NCBI GenBank assembly: GCA_963785725.1
Contig: CAWAWS010000004.1
Coordinates: forward strand, 96,001 to 160,000
Length of the DNA stretch: 64,000 nt
DNA from: an uncultured delta proteobacterium
Lineage (GTDB): Bacteria > Myxococcota_A > Polyangia > Palsa-1104
Direction of reading: 5' to 3'
The notes beneath the pieces are model-generated. The model searched no databases, was not told the origin of the DNA, and saw nothing but the letters and a program-made list of their open reading frames with translations. Made by a program: the position numbers and the translations under genes. Below are positions 9,666 to 19,405 of the stretch, piece after piece. Position 1 is the stretch's first letter. Every line of letters starts with the position of its first letter.

Positions 9666-11444
9666 GTGGCTCCCATCGGTGCCGTCGTCGAATCCGCGGG
9701 TGTTCGCTTTCGCGTGTGGGCTCCGAAGCCGCGCACGATCGCCGTCGAAATCGTCGCGCCCGACGCACGCACGATCGCGTTGAAGCCCACGGGCGACGGC
9801 TGGTTCGAAGGCTTCGCCGACGGGCTCGGCGCCGGCGCGCGCTACCAATTCGTGCTCGACGGGGAGCGCCGCCGACCCGACCCGGCGTCGCGCGCGCAGC
9901 CCGAAGGCGTGCATGGTCCGTCGGCGGTGGTCGACGCGTCCGCGTTTCGATGGTCGCATCCGCGTCGCCGCCGGCCGATGAACGAGCTCGTCGTCTACGA
10001 GCTGCACGTCGGCACGTTCACGCGCGGCGGCACCTTCGACAGCGCCATCGCCGAGCTCGATCGTTTGGTCGATCTAGGCGTGACGGCGGTCGAGATCCTG
10101 CCGGTCGCCAGCTTCGCCGGGGCCCGCAATTGGGGTTACGACGGCGTCGACTGGTTCGCGCCGCAGCAGTCGTACGGCGGCCCCGACGGCTTACGCCGTC
10201 TCGTCGACGCGGCGCACGGCCGTGGCCTCACCTTCCTGCTCGACGTCGTCTACAACCACTTCGGCCCCGAAGGCAGCTACGTCGGCGAGCTCGCGCCCTG
10301 GTTCACGAGCCGCCACAAGACGCCGTGGGGCGACGCCATCGACTACGGCAACCCAGCGGTTCGCGCCTACATCCTCGAGAACGCGCGCATGTGGCTCGAC
10401 GACTATCGTATCGACGGGTTGCGCCTCGACGCCGTGCACGCGATCGCCGACGATCAGCCGCGTCACATCGTCGCCGACGTCGCTCGGCTGGCCCACGAGC
10501 GCGGCGCCATCATCATCGCCGAGAGCGACTTGGGCGACGCCAACGTCATCCGCGAGAACGGCTGGAATTGCGACGCCCAATGGTCGGACGATTTCCACCA
10601 CGCGCTGCACGCCGTCGTCACCGGCGAGCGCAAGGGCTACTACGTCGACTTCGGCGCCGTCGCGCAGCTCGCCCGCGCCGTCAAGGAGGGCTTCGTCTTC
10701 CAAGGCGAGCACTCGAAGCTGCGCGGCCGACCGTTCGGCACGCCGTCGGCCGATCTTCCCGGCGAGCGCTTCGTCATCTGCGCGCAGAATCACGATCAGA
10801 TCGGCAATCGCGCCGTCGGGGAGCGGCTGGCGCAGCTGGCGCCTGGCTGCGAATGGCCGGTCGCCGCCGTGCTGCTCTTGGCGCCGGCCGTGCCGATGCT
10901 GTTCATGGGGGAAGAGCACGCCGATCCGGCGCCGTTCCAGTACTTCACCGATCACGGCGACGCGGCGCTGGCGCAAGCGGTTCGCGACGGTCGCCGCCGC
11001 GAGTTCCCGGGCTGGGAAGCCTCGGAGGTGCCCGATCCGCAAGCTGCGACGACGCACCATCGCTCGCGCGTCGACCTGGCGCTCGCCGACGACAGCGGCA
11101 GCCGTCACGCCGCCGTCCGTCGCTGGCATCAGGCGCTCTTGGCCCTGCGCAAGGCGCATCCGGCGCTGCGCGCGCTCGATCGCGGCCGCTGCCGCGTCAT
11201 CGTCGACGAGGAGGCGGGCGGCTTCGCCTTCGTTCGCGCGGGCGAGAGCGGCGACGTCGCGGTCGCGGTGTCGCTGCGCGGCCGGCCGACGACGCTGACG
11301 TTGCCGTCGCCCACGCGCGGGCGCTGGCAGCCACGGCTCGACGCCGGAGACCGTCACTTCGGCGGCGCGGCCGGCGCGACGCTCGACGGCGAGCGCGTGA
11401 CGCTGCCCGCGTGGGGCGCGCTCGTCCTCGTCACCGGCGCGTGA
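9666..11444 (+). CDS. treZ: Malto-oligosyltrehalose trehalohydrolase (GH13)
   Basis: FRVWAP, PDPASRAQPEGVHGPS, YELHVGTFT, NWGYDG, DVVYNHFGPEG, GLRLDAVH, QNHDQIGNRA. Start (GTG 9666) inferred. Confidence 0.93.
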   Translation: MAPIGAVVESAGVRFRVWAPKPRTIAVEIVAPDARTIALKPTGDGWFEGFADGLGAGARYQFVLDGERRRPDPASRAQPEGVHGPSAVVDASAFRWSHPRRRRPMNELVVYELHVGTFTRGGTFDSAIAELDRLVDLGVTAVEILPVASFAGARNWGYDGVDWFAPQQSYGGPDGLRRLVDAAHGRGLTFLLDVVYNHFGPEGSYVGELAPWFTSRHKTPWGDAIDYGNPAVRAYILENARMWLDDYRIDGLRLDAVHAIADDQPRHIVADVARLAHERGAIIIAESDLGDANVIRENGWNCDAQWSDDFHHALHAVVTGERKGYYVDFGAVAQLARAVKEGFVFQGEHSKLRGRPFGTPSADLPGERFVICAQNHDQIGNRAVGERLAQLAPGCEWPVAAVLLLAPAVPMLFMGEEHADPAPFQYFTDHGDAALAQAVRDGRRREFPGWEASEVPDPQAATTHHRSRVDLALADDSGSRHAAVRRWHQALLALRKAHPALRALDRGRCRVIVDEEAGGFAFVRAGESGDVAVAVSLRGRPTTLTLPSPTRGRWQPRLDAGDRHFGGAAGATLDGERVTLPAWGALVLVTGA

Positions 11445-11662
11445 CCGTCACCGGCTTTGCCAGTGGCCGAACCGGGCGCCGCTGTAGCGTTTCCCGTCGG
11501 TGAGCACGAGCGAGCGCACGCTCGTCGAGGCGCGAATTCTGGTCATGCGGGCGCGGCTCGCCAACGCCGGCGTCGAAGACGCGACGTGCCGTCCGAGGCG
11601 CTCAGCGCACCTCGTCGGCGGCGAACCGCTGGTGACCGCCATCCGAGGACGGCGCGCTGGTT

Positions 11663-11956
11663 TTAGCGGGCGGCGGCGAGCGGCATGTCGACCGGCAGCG
11701 GATGCGCGGACGCGAACAGCGCCTGCTCCGTGTCGTAATCGACAATGAACCCGATCGCGCCCGCAGCCCGCGCGCCGTCGACGACGTTGCGCAGGTTGGG
11801 TCCAACGATCAGGAAAGGCAGACCCTCGGCCGAAAACGCCGTGCGAGCCTTGATTGCCTTCGGTGCCGACGTGAACGCCAGCACGTACAACTCGTCTTCC
11901 ACCTTGGCCAGTAGCGGTTGGGCAGCCGCATCACGTACGATCCAAAGCCCCAACAT
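11663..11956 (-). CDS. Small hypothetical alpha/beta protein
   Basis: MLGLWIVRD...YVLAFTS...GFIVDYD with normal codon usage; weak GG-N10-GC at 12002-11989 upstream. Confidence 0.65.
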   Translation of the reverse strand: MLGLWIVRDAAAQPLLAKVEDELYVLAFTSAPKAIKARTAFSAEGLPFLIVGPNLRNVVDGARAAGAIGFIVDYDTEQALFASAHPLPVDMPLAAAR

Positions 11957-12096
11957 CGATCCGTTGTGCACCATCGGTTGCGCATATTGCATGCTTTGGG
12001 CCGACGCGTCTTCAACGTTTTTGCATCAATGTACTTCCTCAGGCGAACCGCACACCTGCGCTTGAGCCTCCGCCGACCGAGCGCTATCTTGAGGTC

Positions 12097-12711
12097 ATGC
12101 GATTGCCGCTTGCGTGGATGGCGCTGGTCGCGATGGGCTGCACGGCCGCCAATCCGCACTTCGTCGCCAGCGACGGCAGCGTCGTCGGAGGGCCCGACGC
12201 GTCGGCCGATTTGGCGCCGACCGGCTGCAGCGGCGACGAGCGCAGCTGCCTGGGGCTCACGGCCTCGGCGTTCTGTGAAAACGGGGCCTTCACCCCCGAT
12301 CGCACCTGCCCGTCGGCGTCGAGCTGCGCGCGAACCTACTGCGCGCCGCCCGCGCAGCAGCTACCGACGCAAGTGGGTCAACGGTGTGACGCCAACGGCG
12401 GCGCGCAGCAGCTGCAATGCAGCGCCAGCCCGACGGCGATGCTCGTCTGTCAGCCGTTCGTCGACCCCGACCAACACAAGCTGGCGTTCTACTGCGACGC
12501 GCCCGTCGGCGCGGGCGGCGCCGGCGTCGCCTGCACGCTCGGCAGCGCCTGCAAGACCGGCTTCTGCGGCGCCAACGGCACCTGCTTCAGCGCCTGCCAG
12601 ACCGACTTCGATTGCCCGCCGACCGCGACGGTCCTCACCTTCCACTGCCAGACCGTCGATCTGACCGTCGAAGGTGTCCGCCAATCGCAAAAGAGCTGCG
12701 TCCCGAACTAG
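12097..12711 (+). CDS. Cys-rich lipoprotein
   Basis: Lipobox AMGC; many Cys, e.g. CTLGSACKTGFC, CFSACQTDFDC. Confidence 0.8.
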   Translation: MRLPLAWMALVAMGCTAANPHFVASDGSVVGGPDASADLAPTGCSGDERSCLGLTASAFCENGAFTPDRTCPSASSCARTYCAPPAQQLPTQVGQRCDANGGAQQLQCSASPTAMLVCQPFVDPDQHKLAFYCDAPVGAGGAGVACTLGSACKTGFCGANGTCFSACQTDFDCPPTATVLTFHCQTVDLTVEGVRQSQKSCVPN

Positions 12712-12802
12712 CACCTCGCCACGGTGATTGCGACCGGTCCACGCCGGCCGTACTTCGGGGCCCGTTGCCGTCTGAAACTTTGGACGGTGATTGTCGAAGC
12801 GT

Positions 12803-13654
12803 TTAGACGTTCGCTTCGTCGAGCACGCGCTCGAGATCCATCACGCTGAGCGGCTTCGCCAGCACCGTCACCGCGTGTGCTTCCAAGGCCGCGCGACAGG
12901 TGTCCGGGTCGACGTAGGCCGTCAGCAGCACCGTGCGAACGTCGGGATGACGGCGCGCCAGCTCGTCGCTGAGCTCGACGCCGCTCATGCCCGGCATGCG
13001 CTGATCCGAGATGAGCAGCTCCACGTGCGCGCCGTCGTCGAGCAGCGCCATGGCCACACCGGCGTCGGGCGCGATCTCGACGGTGAAGCCGAGCTCGCGC
13101 AGCACCTCGGCCAACATCGCGCGCTCGTCGCTGTCGTCCTCGACGATCATGACCCGACGCGCGCCGCTACGATCGCGCGGCGGCGTCGCCGGCAGCCCCA
13201 GCCGTGAGGCGATGACGTCGATCGGCTCGTCCACCGGCACGCCGGCTTCGACGTGCAGCACCCGATCGGCGGTCAGCTCGTCGACGATCGGCTGGCGCAC
13301 ACGCGCGTCGTGGATGTAGCGGCGGAACTCGTCGCGCGCCAAGAGCTTGGGCCGCTTGGCGTAGCGATGGAAGATTTCGCGCTCCGCCTGCTGCTTGCCG
13401 CAGCGCCATTCGACGAGCAGCCGGTCGCGCGCCGGACCGCCCAGCGCCAACATCTGCGCGCGCTCGACGCGGGTCGCCAAGTCGCCGTCGATGAGCACGC
13501 AGGCGCCATCGGCCAGCGCGCGTTCGACTTCCATGACCGGCACACTCCCGGGTTCGTCGGCGATGAAGCGACAGTTCGCCAGCCGCTCGTGCAGCGCGCG
13601 CGCGAGCGACCAACGTCCGGGGAGCGGCGGACCGGCCAAGACAACGAGTGGCAT
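12803..13654 (-). CDS. Degenerate P-loop kinase-like domain fused to response-regulator receiver
   Basis: N-terminal LVVLAGPPLPGRWSLARAL; C-terminal VMIVEDD...ISDQRMPGMSG...LLTAY...KP. Confidence 0.8.
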   Translation of the reverse strand: MPLVVLAGPPLPGRWSLARALHERLANCRFIADEPGSVPVMEVERALADGACVLIDGDLATRVERAQMLALGGPARDRLLVEWRCGKQQAEREIFHRYAKRPKLLARDEFRRYIHDARVRQPIVDELTADRVLHVEAGVPVDEPIDVIASRLGLPATPPRDRSGARRVMIVEDDSDERAMLAEVLRELGFTVEIAPDAGVAMALLDDGAHVELLISDQRMPGMSGVELSDELARRHPDVRTVLLTAYVDPDTCRAALEAHAVTVLAKPLSVMDLERVLDEANV

Positions 13655-13682
13655 CCGCGGCAAAGGTAGGTCGCCAGCTGGA

Positions 13683-13702
13683 GAGTCAACGACGCTTGAC
13701 TC
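13683..13702. promoter_or_regulatory. Inverted repeat, possible operator
   Basis: GAGTCAA-CGACGC-TTGACTC in a divergent intergenic region. Confidence 0.35.
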
Positions 13703-14023
13703 CGTTGCGCGGTCAGCCGGCCACCGGCGGCTCGCCCTTGGTTGCGCCGTCGGGCGTCCCGAGGGCCGGCGAGCTCGCCGCTGATGGCGCCGCCACGGGG
13801 GCGAAGGTCGGGAAGCTCGCCACGCTGTGCGTTATGCACGCGTTTCGCGTCTGGCTGCGTCGTGCCGCGAGTGTGAACCGCGCGTGGCGCTGGGTGGGAC
13901 TGTCCGTTCACAGCGGGTGCTCCAGGCTTCGCCCGCTTTACCGGCGCAGGCGGACTTCACCAACGATTTTTACTGGAACGCGCTTCGCATCGTCCGATGG
14001 AAGAAGTAAGGAGGCAGTTGTCC

Positions 14024-14266
14024 ATGCGCGCTGTCTTTGGGTGCGTGGTTGGGTTGTGGATGGTGGCGGCGACCGGCTCGGCTCACGGGCAGACCGGTTC
14101 GCGCAGGCTGGCCGCGGAAGCGACGTGCGAGGAGCAGTGTCGTCTCGATCGGCAGCGCGACGACGCCACCTGCGAAGATCGTCCGTTGCTCGAGTCGACG
14201 CGTGAGCAATGCCACGAGTCGGTGGAAGCGCGCCTCAGCGTCTGCTTGCGCATCTGCGACGACTGA
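14024..14266 (+). CDS. Small secreted six-cysteine peptide
   Basis: AAGGAGG RBS, signal peptide ending AHG-Q, mature C-X3-C-X10-C-X12-C-X10-C-X3-C. Confidence 0.75.
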   Translation: MRAVFGCVVGLWMVAATGSAHGQTGSRRLAAEATCEEQCRLDRQRDDATCEDRPLLESTREQCHESVEARLSVCLRICDD

Positions 14267-14328
14267 GCCACGCTCGTAGGCCGGTGCAGCGCGCGCGGAG
14301 AGCAGCGAAACGTCGAGCTGCGAAGGTC

Positions 14329-14973
14329 TTGCGAGCGCTGACGGCGCTCTTGCTGTCGCTCTGTCTCGTCGCGCGGCCCACTTCGGCCACTTCCGCGCAC
14401 GCCGACGAATCGGTCGAGCATCCCGAAGCCGACTTCCGCCACTTCTCCGATTACGCCTGGTTCGCGCTCGGCGCCGCGTCCGCCTTCGCCGGCCACGAAA
14501 TGGGCCACATGATGATGGACGCCTTCCAAGGCAAGAGCGTGAGCTTCGTTCGCGTCAATCTCGGACCGATTCCGTTCTTCGCCATTCAGCCCTGCTGCAA
14601 CTTGACGCACGCGCAGGAGTATCAGATCGCGTCGGCCGGCTTCGTCGTCGGGGACGTCTCGTCGGAGCTGATCCTGCAGATCGCGCCGCGGATTCGCTCG
14701 CGCCGCCACGCGTTCCTCAAAGGCGCGCTCATGTTCGACATTCTGCTCGCCGTCGGCTACGCCATCACGGCGTTCGCCGGCATCGGCCCGCCGCAGTCGG
14801 ACACGAACACGATGGCCCGCGGCGCGCAGGTGCCGACCTGGGAGATCGGCGCGCTGCTCATGGTGCCGGCGTCGGTGGACATGTACCGCTACTTCGTGCC
14901 GCGCTCGATCTGGGCGCCGTGGACGAGCATCTCGGCCAAGGCGCTGACGCTCGGCATCGGCTTTACATTCTGA
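14329..14973 (+). CDS. Exported hydrophobic protein with HExxH motif (possible zinc protease)
   Basis: Signal peptide from TTG 14329 (inferred), GHEMGH, IASAGF, several hydrophobic helices, ends LGIGFTF. Confidence 0.7.
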   Translation: MRALTALLLSLCLVARPTSATSAHADESVEHPEADFRHFSDYAWFALGAASAFAGHEMGHMMMDAFQGKSVSFVRVNLGPIPFFAIQPCCNLTHAQEYQIASAGFVVGDVSSELILQIAPRIRSRRHAFLKGALMFDILLAVGYAITAFAGIGPPQSDTNTMARGAQVPTWEIGALLMVPASVDMYRYFVPRSIWAPWTSISAKALTLGIGFTF

Positions 14974-15063
14974 CCCACCGCTGCCGGAAGATCGTCACGA
15001 CGCGCGATCGCGATCGACGCCGACTTGTGCAGTGACGCTTCGACCTAAGATGAAATCGGGATC

Positions 15064-15117
15064 AGAAAATTGTAACGCCTCTCGGTTGCCCGAAGACGCA
15101 AGGCGACGCGAGAGGCG
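15064..15117 (-). terminator. Intrinsic terminator of hup
   Basis: CGCCTCTCG(15076-84)/CGAGAGGCG(15109-17) stem extended by GTTGCC/GGCGAC; followed on the minus strand by TTACAATTTTCT. Confidence 0.65.
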
Positions 15118-15131
15118 CGGGTGGTGCGGAG

Positions 15132-15443
15132 TTACGAGTGTTGCGGCGCGCCGGCGGCGGCAGCGCCGGCCGTGTTGACGCGGTCCTTCAGCTCTTTGCC
15201 CGGCTTGAAGCCCGGGTTCTTGCGCGCCGGGATCGAGATGGGCTCGCCCGTCTGCGGGTTACGGCCGGTGCGGGCCGCGGCTTCGCGAACGCTGAAGGTG
15301 CCGAAGCCACGCAGGTCGATCTTCTCGCCGCGGGTGAGCGCCTCAGCCATCAGCTCGAACACGTCCTCTACCAGCGTCTGAACCTGGGCCTTCGCTGCCC
15401 CAGACTTGGCCGCGATGGCATCGACGAGATCGGCCTTCTTCAT
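15132..15443 (-). CDS. hup: HU family DNA-binding protein
   Basis: MKKADLVDAIA...GFGTFSVREAAARTGRNPQTGE...FKPGKELKD; GGGAGG RBS. Confidence 0.95.
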   Translation of the reverse strand: MKKADLVDAIAAKSGAAKAQVQTLVEDVFELMAEALTRGEKIDLRGFGTFSVREAAARTGRNPQTGEPISIPARKNPGFKPGKELKDRVNTAGAAAAGAPQHS

Positions 15444-15622
15444 TTTGAATCCCTCCCAGGGATGATTGAGCGTCGAAATCTTTGGAACGCGCATCCTAAG
15501 TCCCATGCCGCAGGAGGTCAACTGTCCAATTTCAACCACCGACCGACACGCTTTCACCATGTCGGTCCTTTACACAGGCTTTACAAGGGCTCAATAAGAC
15601 CTAGAAAAACGTGACAAATACT

Positions 15623-15640
15623 CTGGCCTCTGGCTTGCTG
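15623..15640 (+). promoter_or_regulatory. Putative sigma54 promoter
   Basis: CTGGCCTCTGGCTTGCTG: GG(15625-26)-N10-GC(15637-38), then AAGGAG and ATG 15667. Confidence 0.55.
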
Positions 15641-15666
15641 ATGGCCATCGGAAAAGGAGCCTGAGG

Positions 15667-16521
15667 ATGCTTTCGACGTATGTGCCGCTGTATCCCTTAA
15701 TCGCACTGGCGGCCTACTTCTTCGTTGCCCTCGGGCTGTTCTCGCTGCGTGCGCGTTGGGTCGGCATCGCGGTGGACGCCGAAGTGGCGAGCCGGCCGGC
15801 CTCGAAGTTGTTGGGTCGTTTTCTCCGTCACTACCTTATGTGGGTCTTGGCACCGTACGAGCGGGCGCTCGTTCGTTGGCGCGTGTCGCCCAACGGCCTG
15901 ACCTTCGCGTCCTTCATTACCGCCTGCCTTTCGGGCTTCTTCTTCGCGATCGGCAACTTCGGCGCCGGCGGCTGGATTTACCTCCTGACCGGCATCCTCG
16001 ACATTCTCGACGGACGAATTGCCCGCGCGACCGGCAAGGTGACCAAAGGCGGCGCGTTCTTTGACAGCGTCATGGACCGCTACGCCGAGCTGGTCGTCTT
16101 CAGCGGCCTCGCCATCTTCTATCGCGACAACTGGGGCTTGTACGTCGTGCTCTTGGCGTCGCTCGGCTCGATCATGGTCAGCTACACGCGCGCTCGCGGC
16201 GAGGCGCTCGGCGTCGAAGTCAACATCGGCACCATGCAGCGTCCCGAGCGACTGTTCTATCTCGGCGTAATCAGTGGCATGTCGCCGATCGTCGAGACCT
16301 TGTTCGGCCATGGTCGCTTGCCGCCGTTCGTGCCGGTCGTCGTCGCCTTGGCGCTGCTCGGCCTGTCGGCGAACGTGACGGCGGTGCGGCGCATCTCGCA
16401 CACGCTGGCGAAGCTCGATGGTCGCGCCCGCGCGGCCGCCGCCGAGCCGACCGAAATGCCCGAGACGCCGATCGTTCCGCTCATCCGCAGCAGCACCCGC
16501 TCGCAGCGCGCGGTCAAGTAA
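15667..16521 (+). CDS. CDP-alcohol phosphatidyltransferase family protein
   Basis: SPNGLT; DILDGRIAR...GAFFDSVMDR signature; SYTRARGE; MQRPER. Confidence 0.92.
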   Translation: MLSTYVPLYPLIALAAYFFVALGLFSLRARWVGIAVDAEVASRPASKLLGRFLRHYLMWVLAPYERALVRWRVSPNGLTFASFITACLSGFFFAIGNFGAGGWIYLLTGILDILDGRIARATGKVTKGGAFFDSVMDRYAELVVFSGLAIFYRDNWGLYVVLLASLGSIMVSYTRARGEALGVEVNIGTMQRPERLFYLGVISGMSPIVETLFGHGRLPPFVPVVVALALLGLSANVTAVRRISHTLAKLDGRARAAAAEPTEMPETPIVPLIRSSTRSQRAVK

Positions 16522-16530
16522 CCTCGCGTC

Positions 16531-17334
16531 ATGTCATTACTGGTCGCTGCGCTCCTCGGTATCGTCGAGGGGCTCACCGAATATCTGCCGGTTTCGTCGA
16601 CCGGGCATCTCATCTTGGCCGGTCATCTGCTCGGCGTGCCCGAAGGTGGGGCGACGAGCGCCTTCGAGATCGTCATTCAGCTGGGCGCGATCTTGGCCGT
16701 CCTCGTTCACTATCGAAAGCTGCTGTGGCAGCGCGCGACCGAGCTGACGATCGGTAAGCCGGAAGCGACGCGGCTGTTCGGCGCGATCTTGGCCGGCTTC
16801 ATCCCGACGGCGATCGCGGGCCTCCTGTTGCGCAAGGCGATCAAGGCGCACCTGTTCGGGCCGCATCCGGTGGCGATCGCGCTCATCGTCGGCGGCGTCG
16901 TCATGATCGCGGTCGAGCTGTTGCGTAAACGGCGCGCGGACGACGGCGAGAGCAAGCTCACGGAAGTCACGCCGCTCAAGGGTTTTCTCGTCGGGATCGG
17001 GCAGTGCGCGTCGCTGATTCCGGGCACGTCGCGCTCGATGTCGACGATCGTGACCGGCCAGCTCATCGGCCTGTCGACGGCGACGGCGGCCGAGTTCTCG
17101 TTCCTGTTGGCGCTGCCGACGTTGGGCGCGGCGACGCTGTACGAAGGCTTCAAGTCGCGCCACGAGCTGCACGCGCTCGGCCTTCCGCAGCTCGCGATCG
17201 GCATGATCGTGTCGTTCTTCGTGGCCTGGGCCGTGATCGCGGTGTTCTTGGCCTACTTGAAGCGGCGCGGGCTCTTGCCGTTCGGCGTCTATCGGCTCAT
17301 CGCCGGGGCGCTATTTTTGCAGCTCGTGCGCTGA
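16531..17334 (+). CDS. uppP: Undecaprenyl-diphosphate phosphatase (BacA)
   Basis: GIVEGLTEYLPVSSTGHL, IQLGAILAV, IPGTSRS, AAEFSFLLALP. Confidence 0.96.
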   Translation: MSLLVAALLGIVEGLTEYLPVSSTGHLILAGHLLGVPEGGATSAFEIVIQLGAILAVLVHYRKLLWQRATELTIGKPEATRLFGAILAGFIPTAIAGLLLRKAIKAHLFGPHPVAIALIVGGVVMIAVELLRKRRADDGESKLTEVTPLKGFLVGIGQCASLIPGTSRSMSTIVTGQLIGLSTATAAEFSFLLALPTLGAATLYEGFKSRHELHALGLPQLAIGMIVSFFVAWAVIAVFLAYLKRRGLLPFGVYRLIAGALFLQLVR

Positions 17335-19360
17335 TCGCGTCTGCGAGCGCATCCAGCAACACCTGACGACGTAACGGTTTTTCGACGACAGCATCGGCAC
17401 CGGCGCTCATCACCCGGGCGCGCGTGGCTTCGGCGCGCGAGCTGACGACGACGATCGGCAGGCCGCCCAAGCCGCGCTCGCGACGCACGCGGGCGATGAG
17501 CTCCCAGCCGTCGAGGCGCGGCATCTCCAAGTCGGTCACGAGTGCGTCGAAGGGGCGATCTTGCAGCAGCTCCCACGCGTCCCAGCCGTCGCTGACGACG
17601 TCGGTGGCGAAGCCGCCTTGCGCCAAGATCAGCGATGCCGCCTCGCGGATCGAGCGCGAATCGTCGACGACGAGGACGCGGCGCGGGCCGAGCGCGTGCG
17701 CCGGACGATCGCCGCGCACGCCGCGCAGCGCCGCTTGCGCCAGCTGCGCGACGTCGAGGATGAGCTGCACTTTGCCGGCACCCGAGATCGTCGCGCCGGC
17801 GTAGAGCGGCAGCCGCGTCAACAGGGGGCCGAGGCTGCGCACGACGATGTCGCGCGGGCCGATGACCTTGTCGCAGGTGACGGCGAAGGTCACGTCGCCG
17901 TGGGTCATCACCAGCGCCGACCGGCGCTCGCGCGCGCCCGGCGGCGGCGGCACCCCGAGCAGCGCGCCCAAACGCACGAGCGGCAACGCTCTATCGCGCA
18001 CGCGCAGCTTCTCTTGGTGACCCCAGTCGATGTCGGCGGGCGTGATGTCGAGCGTCTCTTCGACGCGCGCCGCCGGCACGGCGTAGACCTGGCCGCCGAC
18101 CTTGAACAAGAGCGCCTCTTGCACCGGCGCGTTCACCGGCAGCCGCACCGTGAAGGCCGCGCCTTGCCCCGGCCGCGACGTGACGCTGACGCTGCCGTGC
18201 AGCCGCGTCAAGGCCGCGCGCACGGCGTCGAGGCCGACGCCACGGCCGGCCAAGTCGTCGGCGGCGACGCGCGTCGAGATGCCGGGCTCGAACAGCGCGG
18301 CGAAGAGCGAGGCCTCATCGAGCGCGGCCGCCTCGTCGCTGCCGACGCGCGCGGCGGCCACGAGGGCGCGGCGCACGCCGATGAGGTCGATGCCCTGCCC
18401 GTCGTCGGAGACGATGATCTCGAGCGCGTCGTCGTAGCGGCGCGCGGTGAGCGCGACCATGCCGGCCGGGTGCTTGCCGAGCGCGCGCCGCACTTCGGGC
18501 GGCTCGATGCCGTGCGCGACCGCGTTGCGCAGGAGGTGTAACAGCGGCTCGGCCACGCGTTCGACGAGCGCTTTGTCGATCTCGACCTCTTCGCCGAGCG
18601 TCACCAGCGCGACCTCTTTGCCCTCCTTGCGAGCCAGCTCGCGCGCCGGCTGCTGCAGTCGCGCGAACAGCCGGCCGATCTCGACGACGCGCACGCGCCG
18701 AATGCGATCTTGCAGCGTCGCCGACGTGCGCCGCAGGCCTTCCAGATCGTCGTGCAGCGCGGCGCCGAGGCGCGTCAGCTCGGGATCGCCCAGCGTCTCC
18801 GCCCGTCGCTGCACGTCCTGCAAGCGGCGCGCGATGCGGGCGCGATCGAGCACCAGCTCGCTGGCGGCGTCGAGCAGCTCGTCGATGCGCTCGACCTCGA
18901 CGCGCACCGTCTCGGCTGCGCCCGGCACCGTGCGCTCGATGGCGCGCCGATCGCGGCGCGGCTCGGCTTCCGCCGGCGTCGCGACCTGCAGCGGGATGGG
19001 ATTGGGCCGCGAGTCGCCGCGGACGTCGATACGCGCGGCCTCGACGAGCGTGCGCAGGTGCGCCAGCGCGTCCTCCAGCTCCGCCAGCTGCTGCAGCTCA
19101 CCCAGCGACGGCGCCGCGCGCAAGGCGACGAGCCGATCTTCGATGGCGTGCGCGGCGCGGGCTACGTCAGGCAGCTCGACCGAGCCGGCCGAGCCCTTCA
19201 GCGTGTGCAAGAGGCGCAACAGCGACGTGACGACTTCGCCGTCGCTCGGCTGCGCACCCAGTCGCAACAGCTCGGCCGCGATCTCACCGAGATGCTCGTC
19301 CGCTTCGTCGAGGAAGAAGGCGCGCAGCTCACGCAGCTCGTCGGGATCCCACTCGCTCAC
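17297..19360 (-). CDS. cheA: Hybrid chemotaxis histidine kinase (Hpt-HATPase-CheW-REC)
   Basis: LHTLKGSAG, HLLRNAVAHGIE, DDGQGID, GRGVGLD, CheW-like domain, REC (VTDLEMPRLDG). Confidence 0.93.
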   Translation of the reverse strand: MSEWDPDELRELRAFFLDEADEHLGEIAAELLRLGAQPSDGEVVTSLLRLLHTLKGSAGSVELPDVARAAHAIEDRLVALRAAPSLGELQQLAELEDALAHLRTLVEAARIDVRGDSRPNPIPLQVATPAEAEPRRDRRAIERTVPGAAETVRVEVERIDELLDAASELVLDRARIARRLQDVQRRAETLGDPELTRLGAALHDDLEGLRRTSATLQDRIRRVRVVEIGRLFARLQQPARELARKEGKEVALVTLGEEVEIDKALVERVAEPLLHLLRNAVAHGIEPPEVRRALGKHPAGMVALTARRYDDALEIIVSDDGQGIDLIGVRRALVAAARVGSDEAAALDEASLFAALFEPGISTRVAADDLAGRGVGLDAVRAALTRLHGSVSVTSRPGQGAAFTVRLPVNAPVQEALLFKVGGQVYAVPAARVEETLDITPADIDWGHQEKLRVRDRALPLVRLGALLGVPPPPGARERRSALVMTHGDVTFAVTCDKVIGPRDIVVRSLGPLLTRLPLYAGATISGAGKVQLILDVAQLAQAALRGVRGDRPAHALGPRRVLVVDDSRSIREAASLILAQGGFATDVVSDGWDAWELLQDRPFDALVTDLEMPRLDGWELIARVRRERGLGGLPIVVVSSRAEATRARVMSAGADAVVEKPLRRQVLLDALADAISARAAKIAPRR

Positions 19361-19405
19361 TGCACCTTGATTCTACTCGCGCTAGGCGTTCGCCGCCGTG
19401 ACAAA

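Noticed and set aside
11445..11662. Small ORFs or ncRNA between treZ and the next gene
   Set aside because: No convincing start signals, motif or recognisable RNA fold.
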